DNA from: Candidatus Latescibacterota bacterium
Lineage (GTDB): Bacteria > Latescibacterota > UBA2968 > GCA-2709665
Direction of reading: 5' to 3'
Length of the DNA: 64,000 nucleotides
Assembly: GCA_963667175.2 (NCBI GenBank)
Contig: CAXXXF010000006.1
Location: forward strand, 512,001-576,000
The notes under the pieces are model-generated. The model was not told where the DNA came from. It did no database searches and was given only the letters and a program-made list of their open reading frames with translations. Position numbers and translations under genes: made by a program. How positions within the stretch are numbered: the first letter of the stretch is position 1; each line of letters starts with the position of its first letter. Below, piece after piece: positions 52,424-61,165 of the stretch.

Positions 52424-52765
52424 TCAGCCCGCCTTCGCCGAATCCGCGGTCACGGTTGCCGCAATTCCTCCCCGTACCGCGAACTCGCCGACCACCTCCA
52501 TCTTCGAGGGGCGGCACGCCGCGACCAGATCATCCAGAATCCCGTTGACCGCGGCCTCGTTGGACACAGCCTGGTTCCGATACGTGCCCAGATACTGTTT
52601 GAGCGATACGGTCTCCAGACACCTGGCGCCCGGCACGTAGCGAATCGTGACCGTTGCGAACACCGGTTCATCGGTCACCGGATACACGGCCGTAAATTCC
52701 GGAAAGACGAACTCAATCGTATACGGCCTCCCCGGCTGAGGGTTTTCCACCGTCGTCAGACCCAC
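52424..52765 (-). CDS. QueF-like T-fold paralog lacking catalytic Cys and Asp
   Basis: PEFTAVYPVTDEPVFATVTIRYVP..ETVSLKQY..NEAAVN..RGGI aligns end to end with the neighbouring QueF. Confidence 0.75.
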   Translation of the reverse strand: MGLTTVENPQPGRPYTIEFVFPEFTAVYPVTDEPVFATVTIRYVPGARCLETVSLKQYLGTYRNQAVSNEAAVNGILDDLVAACRPSKMEVVGEFAVRGGIAATVTADSAKAG

Positions 52766-52836
52766 CTCGACTCTCCATGCTCGCGTTGCGACCCGGCTCG
52801 CGCGCGGATAACACGGATGCTGCGGCGCCAGCGTCA

Positions 52837-53838
52837 TCAAACCCTGGGAACGGCCACCGGTTTTCCGGAGCGCACCGATTCGAAGAGCGCCACGCAGATG
52901 CCCGCCGCGCGGACGGACTGTTCCAGGTTCACCTGCGGCTCCACGTCGTTTTCTATCGCCTGAAGCAGGTCTTCGATCAGCTTCCTCCGGCTGTCGCGAC
53001 CGTCGTCCACAACGTCAATGGGCGCCCATTTTCGGGTGTCCAAATCCGAGACCAGGTGGGCGGGAGGCGCCTGGGCGGTGAGAAACGTCTTGCGCGTGCC
53101 GTATATCTGCACATTGCGAAAACCGGGCCGGGCCGAGCCCATGGTCGTTAACGTCTTTGCCACGCATCCGTTCTCGAACCGGATGATACCCACCACGCAG
53201 TCGGTCACGTCCAGGCCGTTCGATCCGGCGGATATGCCGTTCCCGTATGCCGCTACCTCTGCCGCGGGGGAGTCGACAATCCACTGGATCACATCCACGG
53301 GGTGGATGCTGCCGCCGGCCGCCGCGTTGTAGCGCGGGCCCAGCCCGCCGCGCCATCCCTCCCTGAACAGATCCAGGTGATTCGAAATATAGTCCGCTTC
53401 GGCGTAGAACACCTGCCCGAACGCCTGCGCCTCGACCTGGCGTTTCAGCTCCTGAAACGTTTCGTCGAACCGGATCTGGCACCCGTGCGACACCTTCCGC
53501 CCGGTCCGGCGGGACGTCCGGACGATTCTCTCGATATCCTCAAAGGAGGTGGCCAGCGGCTTTTCCACAAGCACGTGCTTCCCGGAGGCCAGCATGTCAA
53601 CGGCCGGGTCGGCGTGCAGATGGTCCGGCGTGCAGATCGAGACCACGTCGACGTCATGCAGGTCGGCCAGGTCGCGGTAATCCGTAACCCGCCGCCCCAC
53701 GCCGTGCTCATCCCCAACCTGTTTCAGCAACGTCTCGTTGACGTCGCAAATCGCCGTAACCGCCGCGCCGGCTTCGCGGTACGCAACGATATGCCCCGTG
53801 CCCACACCCAGACCGATCACGGCCGCGTTCAGTGCCAC
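52837..53838 (-). CDS. Gfo/Idh/MocA family oxidoreductase
   Basis: AVIGLGVG, ICTPDHLH, GKHVLVEKP, IHPVD. Confidence 0.88.
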   Translation of the reverse strand: MALNAAVIGLGVGTGHIVAYREAGAAVTAICDVNETLLKQVGDEHGVGRRVTDYRDLADLHDVDVVSICTPDHLHADPAVDMLASGKHVLVEKPLATSFEDIERIVRTSRRTGRKVSHGCQIRFDETFQELKRQVEAQAFGQVFYAEADYISNHLDLFREGWRGGLGPRYNAAAGGSIHPVDVIQWIVDSPAAEVAAYGNGISAGSNGLDVTDCVVGIIRFENGCVAKTLTTMGSARPGFRNVQIYGTRKTFLTAQAPPAHLVSDLDTRKWAPIDVVDDGRDSRRKLIEDLLQAIENDVEPQVNLEQSVRAAGICVALFESVRSGKPVAVPRV

Positions 53839-53941
53839 CCGCCAGACCTCCGCTGAGACGATCCTCGTGTGCGAATTCCATAAACCGTACTGCGTACCGG
53901 TACGCGATACAAATGGTCGGATAGGGTCGACCGGCTCGTCC

Positions 53942-55126
53942 TCAACGACGCCCCTCCACAATCGGAACCAGGCTGGCGCCCGACGGTCTTGGCGCGGACG
54001 GTGTGATTGGCGGACGCCGGTACGATCGGTACCGGACGCCGAGGTGCGGCGTCTCAACCCTCTCGTGGCCCCGGTGGCGGGAATCCATCAGCGCATCCAG
54101 CGCCCCGCTCACCAGGAGCGTGCGTTCGACCGGGTACGGCGGTTTGCCGCTAAGGAAAAGTTCGTGGATATTCCGGCCGAGGTAGCTGAAATGGGCATGG
54201 GGATCGTCCGGCAGGAACACCTCCATCCCCCGAACGTTGCCCTCCACGCGGCCGGCGTATCCGAACCCCTGGGTGTACCCGTTCAACATCAGGGTGGCCG
54301 CCTTCAATCCATCGGCGTATTCCAGCAGGAAGACCGCCGGGTCGGCGCAGTGCGCCCTCATGTCTCCCTCGGCCTTTGCCTCGATGTGTTCCCGGGCCGA
54401 ATCGGCAAGATCGAGCGACCAGCGCCCCTCCGCGCCGGCCCGCCACACGGCATCCCCTTCAAGGCACTGCACCGCGGCGATTCCCGTCTCGCCGCCATGC
54501 CTGCGTTCAACCATACACTGCAGCAGTTCGAGCGCGTGGAACCCATACGAATCGAGACCCGAATACCCGATTGACAGCGCTTCCTCCAACGGCGTTTCCA
54601 GATCGTACTCGAGATACGGGTTCCTCCACGCCAGCGGCACCGAAGAGCCGGCCAGATAAGGCGCCCGGAGCATCCGCGCCCGGTCGTACATCCACTTTGA
54701 ATTCACCCAGTCATAGGCCAGGTGTTTGTCATTGAACACCGGAACGGACCGGCCGGACGTGGCGAATACCCCGCATACCTGCTCGAAGAAGAACCGGCGC
54801 GGATACATATGCTGCTGCTTTTCGTTCCAGGCGTAATCGCCGTGCTCGCCGATGATCAACACCCCGTCTACCGCCAGTCTCCCTCCGCCCAGCGTCAATG
54901 CCTTCGGAATGCTGTTGTAGACGGGCACCCCGTGTTCCCGGGCGAGTTCGAGGCCCACGTCCTTCTCGTGCACCTGGTCCATATACAGGGAAACGACTTC
55001 CACCTTCGGCGGGATCAATCCGTCGTCCGAAGGGAATCCCTTCAGAAACTTCGTGACGATGACGTCCGCATGGGACCGCGCGTACCAGGTTGTCACGATT
55101 GCCGCGATTTTCTTTGTCCGGGACAC
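53942..55126 (-). CDS. Conserved hypothetical Rossmann-fold oxidoreductase-like protein
   Basis: SHADVI, VDGVLIIGEHGDY, VPVFNDKHL, AGSS, YGFHALE, PYPVERTLL. Confidence 0.7.
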   Translation of the reverse strand: MSRTKKIAAIVTTWYARSHADVIVTKFLKGFPSDDGLIPPKVEVVSLYMDQVHEKDVGLELAREHGVPVYNSIPKALTLGGGRLAVDGVLIIGEHGDYAWNEKQQHMYPRRFFFEQVCGVFATSGRSVPVFNDKHLAYDWVNSKWMYDRARMLRAPYLAGSSVPLAWRNPYLEYDLETPLEEALSIGYSGLDSYGFHALELLQCMVERRHGGETGIAAVQCLEGDAVWRAGAEGRWSLDLADSAREHIEAKAEGDMRAHCADPAVFLLEYADGLKAATLMLNGYTQGFGYAGRVEGNVRGMEVFLPDDPHAHFSYLGRNIHELFLSGKPPYPVERTLLVSGALDALMDSRHRGHERVETPHLGVRYRSYRRPPITPSAPRPSGASLVPIVEGRR

Positions 55127-55417
55127 GGGACACCCGCCTTTCTGTCCGTCGGTCGAAACCGATGACCGCCTGCTGAACAGCGACTCTTTCAAGATGCGCG
55201 TCGGACAGCCGCGCGAACACGGGCGGGAAAGACCACCCTGGTCCGTCGCCCGATCCGCGAGGCAAATATGGTATTCGCCAAAATCGATGTCAAGGTGAAA
55301 TCAACTCATCGAGCATGCGGCAACAGGCGCTACATGCGGCTTGATTTTCGGACGTGGATCGTCTATTTTGGTGGCGCAAGACCGCATGCTCCTTACCGGC
55401 CCCTCGGGATGATCGAT

Positions 55418-56605
55418 ATGGCCTATGGCGGCATAAAATCCTGGTTGGAAGACGAACTGGACTCCATCCGGGAAAACGGCCTATATAAGACAGAAACGCG
55501 GATCGCCACGCCCCAGCAGACGCTGATCAAGACCCCGGACGGCGAAGCAGTCAACTTCTGCGCCAACAACTACCTTGGGCTGGCCAACCATCCGGAGATC
55601 GCGGAAGCCGCGGCCGAAGGACTGGACGCATATGGATACGGCATGGCGTCCGTGCGATTTATCTGCGGCACGCAGGATCTGCACAAGTCTCTCGAACACC
55701 GCATCTCGGGGTATCTGAAAACAGAAGACACCATCCTTTACACGTCCTGTTTCGACGCCAATGCCGGGCTGTTCGAGACCCTCTTCGGACCCGAAGACGC
55801 CGTGATCAGCGACGCGCTGAATCATGCCAGCATTATCGACGGCATCCGGCTCTGCAAGGCGCGTCGCACTATCTATCGCCACGCCGATATGCCGCATCTG
55901 GAAGACCGGCTCAAGGACGCGGCCGACGCGCGTTTCCGGGTGGTCGCCACCGACGGCGTGTTTTCCATGCACGGCCACGTGGCGCCGCTGAAAGAGATCT
56001 GCCGCCTCGCGGACGCCCACGACGCGCTGGTGATGGTGGACGATTCGCATGCAACCGGTTTTCTGGGCGATAACGGCCGCGGCGCCCCGGAGTTCTGCGG
56101 CGTTGAAGACCGGATCGATATCCTGACCAGCACGCTTGGAAAGGCACTTGGAGGCGCCTCGGGCGGATTCACGACGGGGCGCCGGGAGATCGTCGAGTAC
56201 CTGCGGCAGCGCTCCCGCCCATACCTGTTTTCCAATACGCTGGCGCCGCCGATCGTCGCGGGCGGATTGAAAGCGCTGGAACTCGTACAGACGCGTCCGG
56301 AATTCCGGCGGGCGTTGATGAAAAACACCGGATACTTCAGGAAGACCATGGGTGAACGGGGATTCCTCATACCGGAGGGCGTCCACCCCATCGTCCCGAT
56401 CATGCTCGGCGATGAACAGAAGACGGTGCGCATGGCCCGGGCCATGAACCGGAGCGGCATCTTCGTGGTGGGCTTCAGCTATCCCGTGGTGCCCAAAGGC
56501 GAAGCCCGCATCCGCGTGCAGATCTCCGCCGCCCACACGCGAAATCAGTTGGACCGCGCCATCGATACGTTCGTGGACGTCGGCACGGCCCTCGGTGTCT
56601 TATAA
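55418..56605 (+). CDS. kbl: Glycine C-acetyltransferase (2-amino-3-ketobutyrate CoA ligase)
   Basis: [59 protein letters not shown]. Confidence 0.95.
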   Translation: MAYGGIKSWLEDELDSIRENGLYKTETRIATPQQTLIKTPDGEAVNFCANNYLGLANHPEIAEAAAEGLDAYGYGMASVRFICGTQDLHKSLEHRISGYLKTEDTILYTSCFDANAGLFETLFGPEDAVISDALNHASIIDGIRLCKARRTIYRHADMPHLEDRLKDAADARFRVVATDGVFSMHGHVAPLKEICRLADAHDALVMVDDSHATGFLGDNGRGAPEFCGVEDRIDILTSTLGKALGGASGGFTTGRREIVEYLRQRSRPYLFSNTLAPPIVAGGLKALELVQTRPEFRRALMKNTGYFRKTMGERGFLIPEGVHPIVPIMLGDEQKTVRMARAMNRSGIFVVGFSYPVVPKGEARIRVQISAAHTRNQLDRAIDTFVDVGTALGVL

Positions 56606-56658
56606 CCCGTCACATCGGCGCTTTTTCAACGGACTGCTCACGTCAAGAGGACACGAAA

Positions 56659-57426
56659 ATGGACGTCCCCCAGCAGCAACCCCTCCGTGACCGCGTCGCC
56701 ATCGTGACCGGGGCGGGGCAGGGGATCGGCCGGGCCGTCGCCCAGACGTTGGCCAGACACGGCGCCCACCTCGTCGTGAACGACCTCGACGAGTCCAACG
56801 CCGAACGTACGGCCGACGAACTGGGTTCGGCGTTCACCAGGGCCTTCCACTTTCAGGCCGACGTCACGGACGCCCCCGGGGTGCAGGCCATGGTCGACTG
56901 GACGGCGGATACCTTCGGCGCGGTCCACATCCTGGTCAACAACGCGGGCATCCTCTTTCCGACCAGCGTCATCGACATCGACGAAGACGAATGGGACCGC
57001 GTCATCGACGTCAACCTCAAGGGCGCTTTTCTCTGCTCGAAGGCCGTCCTCCCGCAAATGCGCAGCGCGGGATGGGGCCGCATCGTGAATTTCTCGTCAA
57101 CCGCCGGCAAGAACGTCAGCACGGTGGGCGGCGCGCACTACACGGCCGCAAAGGCCGGCGTGCTGGGGTTCACGCGCCACCTCGCCAGGGAAGTCGCGCC
57201 TTACAATATTACGGTAAACGCGGTCTGTCCGGGTCTGATCGATACCGAAATGGTCCGCGGTACCATCGACGAAGAACGGACGCGCGCCTACGCGCGAAGC
57301 TTCCCCATCCCCCGCCTGGGCAGACCGGAGGAAGTCGCCGATCTGGTGGCCTTTCTCGCCTCCGACCAGGCCGCCTATATCACCGGCGCTTCGCTGGACG
57401 TCAACGGCGGCGACCTGATGATATAG
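56659..57426 (+). CDS. Short-chain dehydrogenase/reductase
   Basis: TGAGQGIG, VNNAG, YTAAK, PGLIDT. Confidence 0.92.
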   Translation: MDVPQQQPLRDRVAIVTGAGQGIGRAVAQTLARHGAHLVVNDLDESNAERTADELGSAFTRAFHFQADVTDAPGVQAMVDWTADTFGAVHILVNNAGILFPTSVIDIDEDEWDRVIDVNLKGAFLCSKAVLPQMRSAGWGRIVNFSSTAGKNVSTVGGAHYTAAKAGVLGFTRHLAREVAPYNITVNAVCPGLIDTEMVRGTIDEERTRAYARSFPIPRLGRPEEVADLVAFLASDQAAYITGASLDVNGGDLMI

Positions 57427-57456
57427 TTTCGAACGGCTTCCTGGAGTATCCTGACA

Positions 57457-57705
57457 ATGCAGGTTGTGAGCGTCAAGACGTTCCTGGTTCACCCGGGCAG
57501 CGCGAAGAATACGAGGAACCGGTTTCCTCCCGAGACCTCAACGGGCTGGCGGAAGCAAGACGGAACATCAACGTCCCTGTGGTCACCGGCGAGGAACTCT
57601 ATACGAAGACCGAGTTCCGCGACGCGTTCGAGAAACGCGCCACCGACGTCATCAACCCGGACGTCTGCAATTGCGGCGGGATTCTGGAGCTTCGCGAAAT
57701 CGCGC
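57457..57705 (+). pseudogene. Deleted remnant of a galactonate-dehydratase-like enolase-superfamily gene
   Basis: N-terminal MQVVSVKTFLVHPGSAKN joined out of frame to EEPV..VPVVTGEELYTK..DVINPDVCNCGGILELREIA; the rest is missing. Confidence 0.75.
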
Positions 57706-57833
57706 CCTCCGGCATCCGAGCGACGAAGGGCCGTAGCGATTGCAACTTCCGTGTAACGTACAGCGGCAATTGTCCCCGGTCGATCCAACCCGGATTCCAG
57801 GCAAACCTGTAATTCACGCGAAGGAGGCAGACA

Positions 57834-58871
57834 ATGGATCGTGACGACGTGCGCCAGAGACTGGAAGCGCTCGAAGGCAAACTACGATGGCAGAAACGGG
57901 CGATTGCAGGATTGCTGGTTGTCTTCCTCTTCGGCGCGTCACCGGCGTTGACCCAGGCGTCGAAGTGGCTCGGGAGCAGGCTTCCGGCAGAACTGGCCTC
58001 GTTGAGCCTTCAACACGGCTCGACGACCGGTGACGTGCGGTTTGGCGATATGTCGCCAGGCCGGGCCGAACTTCCGTTGCCGGAGGCCGCTAACGATGGA
58101 CTGAGCAAGATCGATCCGGAGCAGATCATCGATGCAGGCGACACCTTGCGGGTCGGCACCCTTCACGTCGTCAATGCGAGCGGGGAGGTCGTTGCAGCCC
58201 TCGGGTCGGACGAGACGGGAGACGGTTCGCTGGTGATCTTGAACAGAAACGGCTCGGTGGTTTCCGTTGTGGGCGTTGACGCAAACGGACACGGGACCCT
58301 GGGGGTCCTCAATGCGGCCGGGCGAGTCGCGGCCGCCATGGGCGCCGATCCGTCGGAACAGGCCAATGGATGGGTCGACGCCCGGAGCGTGACGGGTTCC
58401 GCGGCCGCACTCGCCTTCGATGGCGCCGGAGACGGCACCGTGCTGGTGTTCAACTCGGATGACAAGCTGGTCTCCGGATTCGGTGTTGACAACAACGGCG
58501 CCGGCGCCCTTCGCATCTCGAATGCGGAGGGTGGAGTCGTTTCCGCCATAGGCGCGAATGAGAATGGACATGGACTTATCGGGTTCTACAATGCGTCCAG
58601 GAGGGTTGTCGCCGGCATGGGCGCGGATTCGACGGGCGTCGGTGGGCTGGGGATTGAGGGAGGCAGGTTCAGGGCTTTTGTCGACGGGAACGGGAACGGC
58701 GTTGCAGAAACTCACGGGCAGGATGGGAATCTTCGATGGTCCTCCGAAGCGCCTGCCGTCGGGGACACCGGCACGACGAGCGGCCTGATCGGGGATTTCG
58801 ACGGGGACGGAGACGTGGATTTCGCCGACTTCCTCACCTTCGCCAGAAATTTCGGCAGAACGAGCGGGTAG
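57834..58871 (+). CDS. Exported or membrane-anchored Gly-rich beta-repeat protein with C-terminal EF-hand/dockerin-like motif
   Basis: RBS AGGAGG; N-terminal coil plus hydrophobic helix; about 22-aa repeats GxDxxGxGxLxxxNxxG; GDFDGDGDVDFADFLTFARNFG. Confidence 0.75.
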   Translation: MDRDDVRQRLEALEGKLRWQKRAIAGLLVVFLFGASPALTQASKWLGSRLPAELASLSLQHGSTTGDVRFGDMSPGRAELPLPEAANDGLSKIDPEQIIDAGDTLRVGTLHVVNASGEVVAALGSDETGDGSLVILNRNGSVVSVVGVDANGHGTLGVLNAAGRVAAAMGADPSEQANGWVDARSVTGSAAALAFDGAGDGTVLVFNSDDKLVSGFGVDNNGAGALRISNAEGGVVSAIGANENGHGLIGFYNASRRVVAGMGADSTGVGGLGIEGGRFRAFVDGNGNGVAETHGQDGNLRWSSEAPAVGDTGTTSGLIGDFDGDGDVDFADFLTFARNFGRTSG

Positions 58872-59042
58872 CAGAACGCCCGCTTCGACAAGATCGAATC
58901 CCGCCTGGACAGGGTCGACGCACGCCTGGATTCATTCGGCGAACGTATTGCAGGAAACGAAGGCAGACTGAACGACAAAGCGTACCCCCCTTCCTATCCC
59001 CATCAATTCATGAAACGGAACAAACATGGATGGACAGGATGA
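58872..59042 (+). pseudogene. Start-less fragment homologous to the C-terminal half of coiled-coil gene 62520-62786
   Basis: ARFDKIESRLDRVDARLDSFGERIAGNEG vs KRFDKIDERLDKIDERLDSFGERIARNEG; in frame after the TAG of the upstream gene. Confidence 0.7.
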
Positions 59043-59098
59043 AAACCAAAAAGCGCGACAAAGGCACGAGAAAATGAACATCAGAAACTACGAAACAC

Positions 59099-59223
59099 GC
59101 GCCTGCCTGCCGCGGGAAGCGAAGCGGCGCAGGCAGGCGGCAGGCAGGCACATGCCGAGCCGGTTCCTGAGCCTGCAGTCCCTGACCCTGTCGAAGGGTC
59201 GAATGGCCGGCGACGGCTGATGC
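59099..59223. repeat. Nested palindromic repeat block, copy 1
   Basis: Near-identical to 62896-63021; contains GCCTGCCTGC..GCAGGCAGGC and CCTGAG/CCCTGA..TCGAAGGG units. Confidence 0.85.
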
Positions 59224-59241
59224 GGAGGGGGGAATTCAATA

Positions 59242-59335
59242 CCTTTCGCCAGGGGATTACACAGAAAGGCGCCATTCGCAAAACACGCGTTCATTTGTTG
59301 TGCGAAGGCAGCGCGGAGCGTGGCAGGGAATTTCG
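59242..59335 (+). repeat. Conserved upstream structured element, copy 1
   Basis: Homologous to 62325-62415 (full) and to 60238-60290 and 63023-63060 (3' part). Confidence 0.8.
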
Positions 59336-59353
59336 TCTCGTAATAAAACCCAC

Positions 59354-59382
59354 TTGACACGAGTACCGCGTTTGTGTACCGT
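59354..59382 (+). promoter_or_regulatory. Sigma70 promoter of coiled-coil gene 1
   Basis: TTGACA-N17-TACCGT, conserved in all three paralogs. Confidence 0.7.
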
Positions 59383-59423
59383 TTCCATCAGAGTACGATC
59401 AGGTACAACCGGGAGCAAGTACT

Positions 59424-59813
59424 ATGGACGCAGAAATCCTCCGCCTGTTTATCTCCATCGTAACACCTATAGTGGCTATCGTTGGTATCGGATGGTTCGG
59501 TCTGGATCGGATGGAACAGAGAATAAAGGCCGATGCCCAACAGATGGAACAGAGAATAAAGGCCGATGCCCAACAGATGGAACAGAGAATAAAGGCCGAT
59601 GCCCAACAGATGGAACAGAGAATAAGAGAGGATGCCCAAAAGGCCCACGGTCAGATTGGCCTGAACATCGAAACATTGCGATCTGAAGTAAGTGGTGTAC
59701 GAACTGAAATGAGCGACATGCGAAAAGAGATTACGGACCTGACGGGCCGAGTAGGGCATATCGAGGGCATGCTCGAAGGTATGCGAGACGCCACAAAATC
59801 CACCCCCGAGTAA
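59424..59813 (+). CDS. Small N-terminally anchored coiled-coil protein, paralog 1 (4 x 11-aa repeat)
   Basis: RBS GGGAG; hydrophobic segment ILRLFISIVTPIVAIVGIGWFGL; (MEQRIKADAQQ)3 + MEQRIREDAQK; RVGHIEG. Confidence 0.85.
   Translation: MDAEILRLFISIVTPIVAIVGIGWFGLDRMEQRIKADAQQMEQRIKADAQQMEQRIKADAQQMEQRIREDAQKAHGQIGLNIETLRSEVSGVRTEMSDMRKEITDLTGRVGHIEGMLEGMRDATKSTPE
59511..59642 (+). repeat. Intragenic 33-bp tandem repeat (3 perfect + 1 variant)
   Basis: ATGGAACAGAGAATAAAGGCCGATGCCCAACAG at 59511, 59544, 59577; variant at 59610. Confidence 0.95.
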
Positions 59814-59986
59814 ATTCCCACCGCTTATCCCCCCGGCTTTTCATCCGCCGCAACCACCATTTAAGTCACGCCTCAATTCCCCTCTTTGACCTGTCCCTCC
59901 ATTCCCGAATTCACCACCGGGGAATCGCCTGCAAACACCGCCCTGGTGACCTCTACCTGCGACCATACAATCCCCCCTCGAATACA
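59814..59986 (+). repeat. Conserved downstream element, copy 1
   Basis: CCACCGCTTATCCCCCC..CCGCAACC..GGGGAATCGCCTGCAAACA..GACCTC; homologs at 60687-60821 and 63484-63530 + 63750-63862. Confidence 0.8.
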
Positions 59987-60313
59987 TATTACGGGGAGCA
60001 CCGTATTGTTTACATCCTCCCACCCTTCTTTGGTGGGCCTGGATGTCGACAATTTGCAATTCATGAAAATAAACGGAAGCTGTCGACTGCTCTTTCTGAC
60101 CACTGGCCACTGTCCACTATTTACTGCTCCTGGTAATAACTACGAAACACGATCAGGATTTACAGGACGAACAGGATTAAGCGAGATTAGAAACCTGGAG
60201 CATGGCAAAAGCACCGAGAAAACGAACAACGGAAACTACGCGTTCGTTTGCTGTGCGTAGGCAGCGCACAGCGTGTCAGGGAATTTCGCCCTGACACGAT
60301 TTAATAAACCCAC

Positions 60314-60342
60314 TTGACACGAGTACCGCGTTTGTGTACCGT
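60314..60342 (+). promoter_or_regulatory. Sigma70 promoter of coiled-coil gene 2
   Basis: TTGACA-N17-TACCGT, identical to copy 1. Confidence 0.7.
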
Positions 60343-60383
60343 TTCCATCAGAGTACGATCAGGTACAACCGGGAGTGAGTACT

Positions 60384-60686
60384 ATGGACGCAGAAATCCT
60401 TCGCCTGCTTATCTCCATCGTAACGCCTATAGCGGCTATTGTTGGTATCGGATGGTTCGGTCTGGATAGAATGGAACAGAGAATCAAAGCCGATGCCCAA
60501 AAGGCCCATGACCTTATTGGACAAAACATCGAAACATTGCGATCTGAGATACGATCTGATATAAGTGAGATACGTTCTGAAGTAAGAGGTATGCGAAGTG
60601 AAATAACGGACCTGACGGGCCGAGTAGGGCATATCGAGGGCATGCTCGAAGTCATGCGAGATGACTCAAGATCCACCCCCGAGTAA
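60384..60686 (+). CDS. Small N-terminally anchored coiled-coil protein, paralog 2 (1 repeat)
   Basis: MDAEILRLLISIVTPIAAIVGIGWFGLDRMEQRIKADAQK..RVGHIEGMLE..STPE. Confidence 0.85.
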   Translation: MDAEILRLLISIVTPIAAIVGIGWFGLDRMEQRIKADAQKAHDLIGQNIETLRSEIRSDISEIRSEVRGMRSEITDLTGRVGHIEGMLEVMRDDSRSTPE

Positions 60687-60890
60687 ATTTCCACCGCTTA
60701 TCCCCCCGCCTTTCAGCCACCGCAACCGCCCTTCAAATTCCCTCATTGACGTATCCTCTTCCTTGCCCGGTTTCACCACTGGGGAATCGCCTGCAAACAA
60801 CGCTCCGGCGACCTCCTCCGGCCTGGCGTTGATACCCACCTCTTGTTCCATCTCCGCTTCCGTAGATTGAGACAGAAATACAGTCTTCTG

Positions 60891-60919
60891 TTGCAAATTG
60901 CGACATAGATGACTATCTT
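60891..60919 (+). promoter_or_regulatory. Second conserved sigma70-like promoter, upstream of the UDG-like cargo gene
   Basis: TTGCAA-N17-TATCTT followed by CGCGTT..AACGCG hairpin; repeated at 63937-64000. Confidence 0.6.
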
Positions 60920-61165
60920 TCCACCGCGTTGAAAACGAACGCGTCGTCTGCGCGACGGCTATTTTTCCGATGCAGCTTGACAATCCGGGCGAACGGGCCA
61001 CGGACGACGTTCGCGTATGAGTCGCCCTGCTTGTTGGGGACTCCGCATACAATGGATCTCAGAAAGGCGCAGGTTGCGTGCGGACGGATTGTACCAATAT
61101 ATATGAGACAATTCCCCCCCCTTTGATTAAGCAACCATGGACAGAGCGAAGGAAGGAGCGCAGGC

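Noticed and set aside
59511-59642. 33-bp repeats as a CRISPR array
   Set aside because: The repeats abut with no spacers and are in frame within a CDS; no cas genes are in the window.
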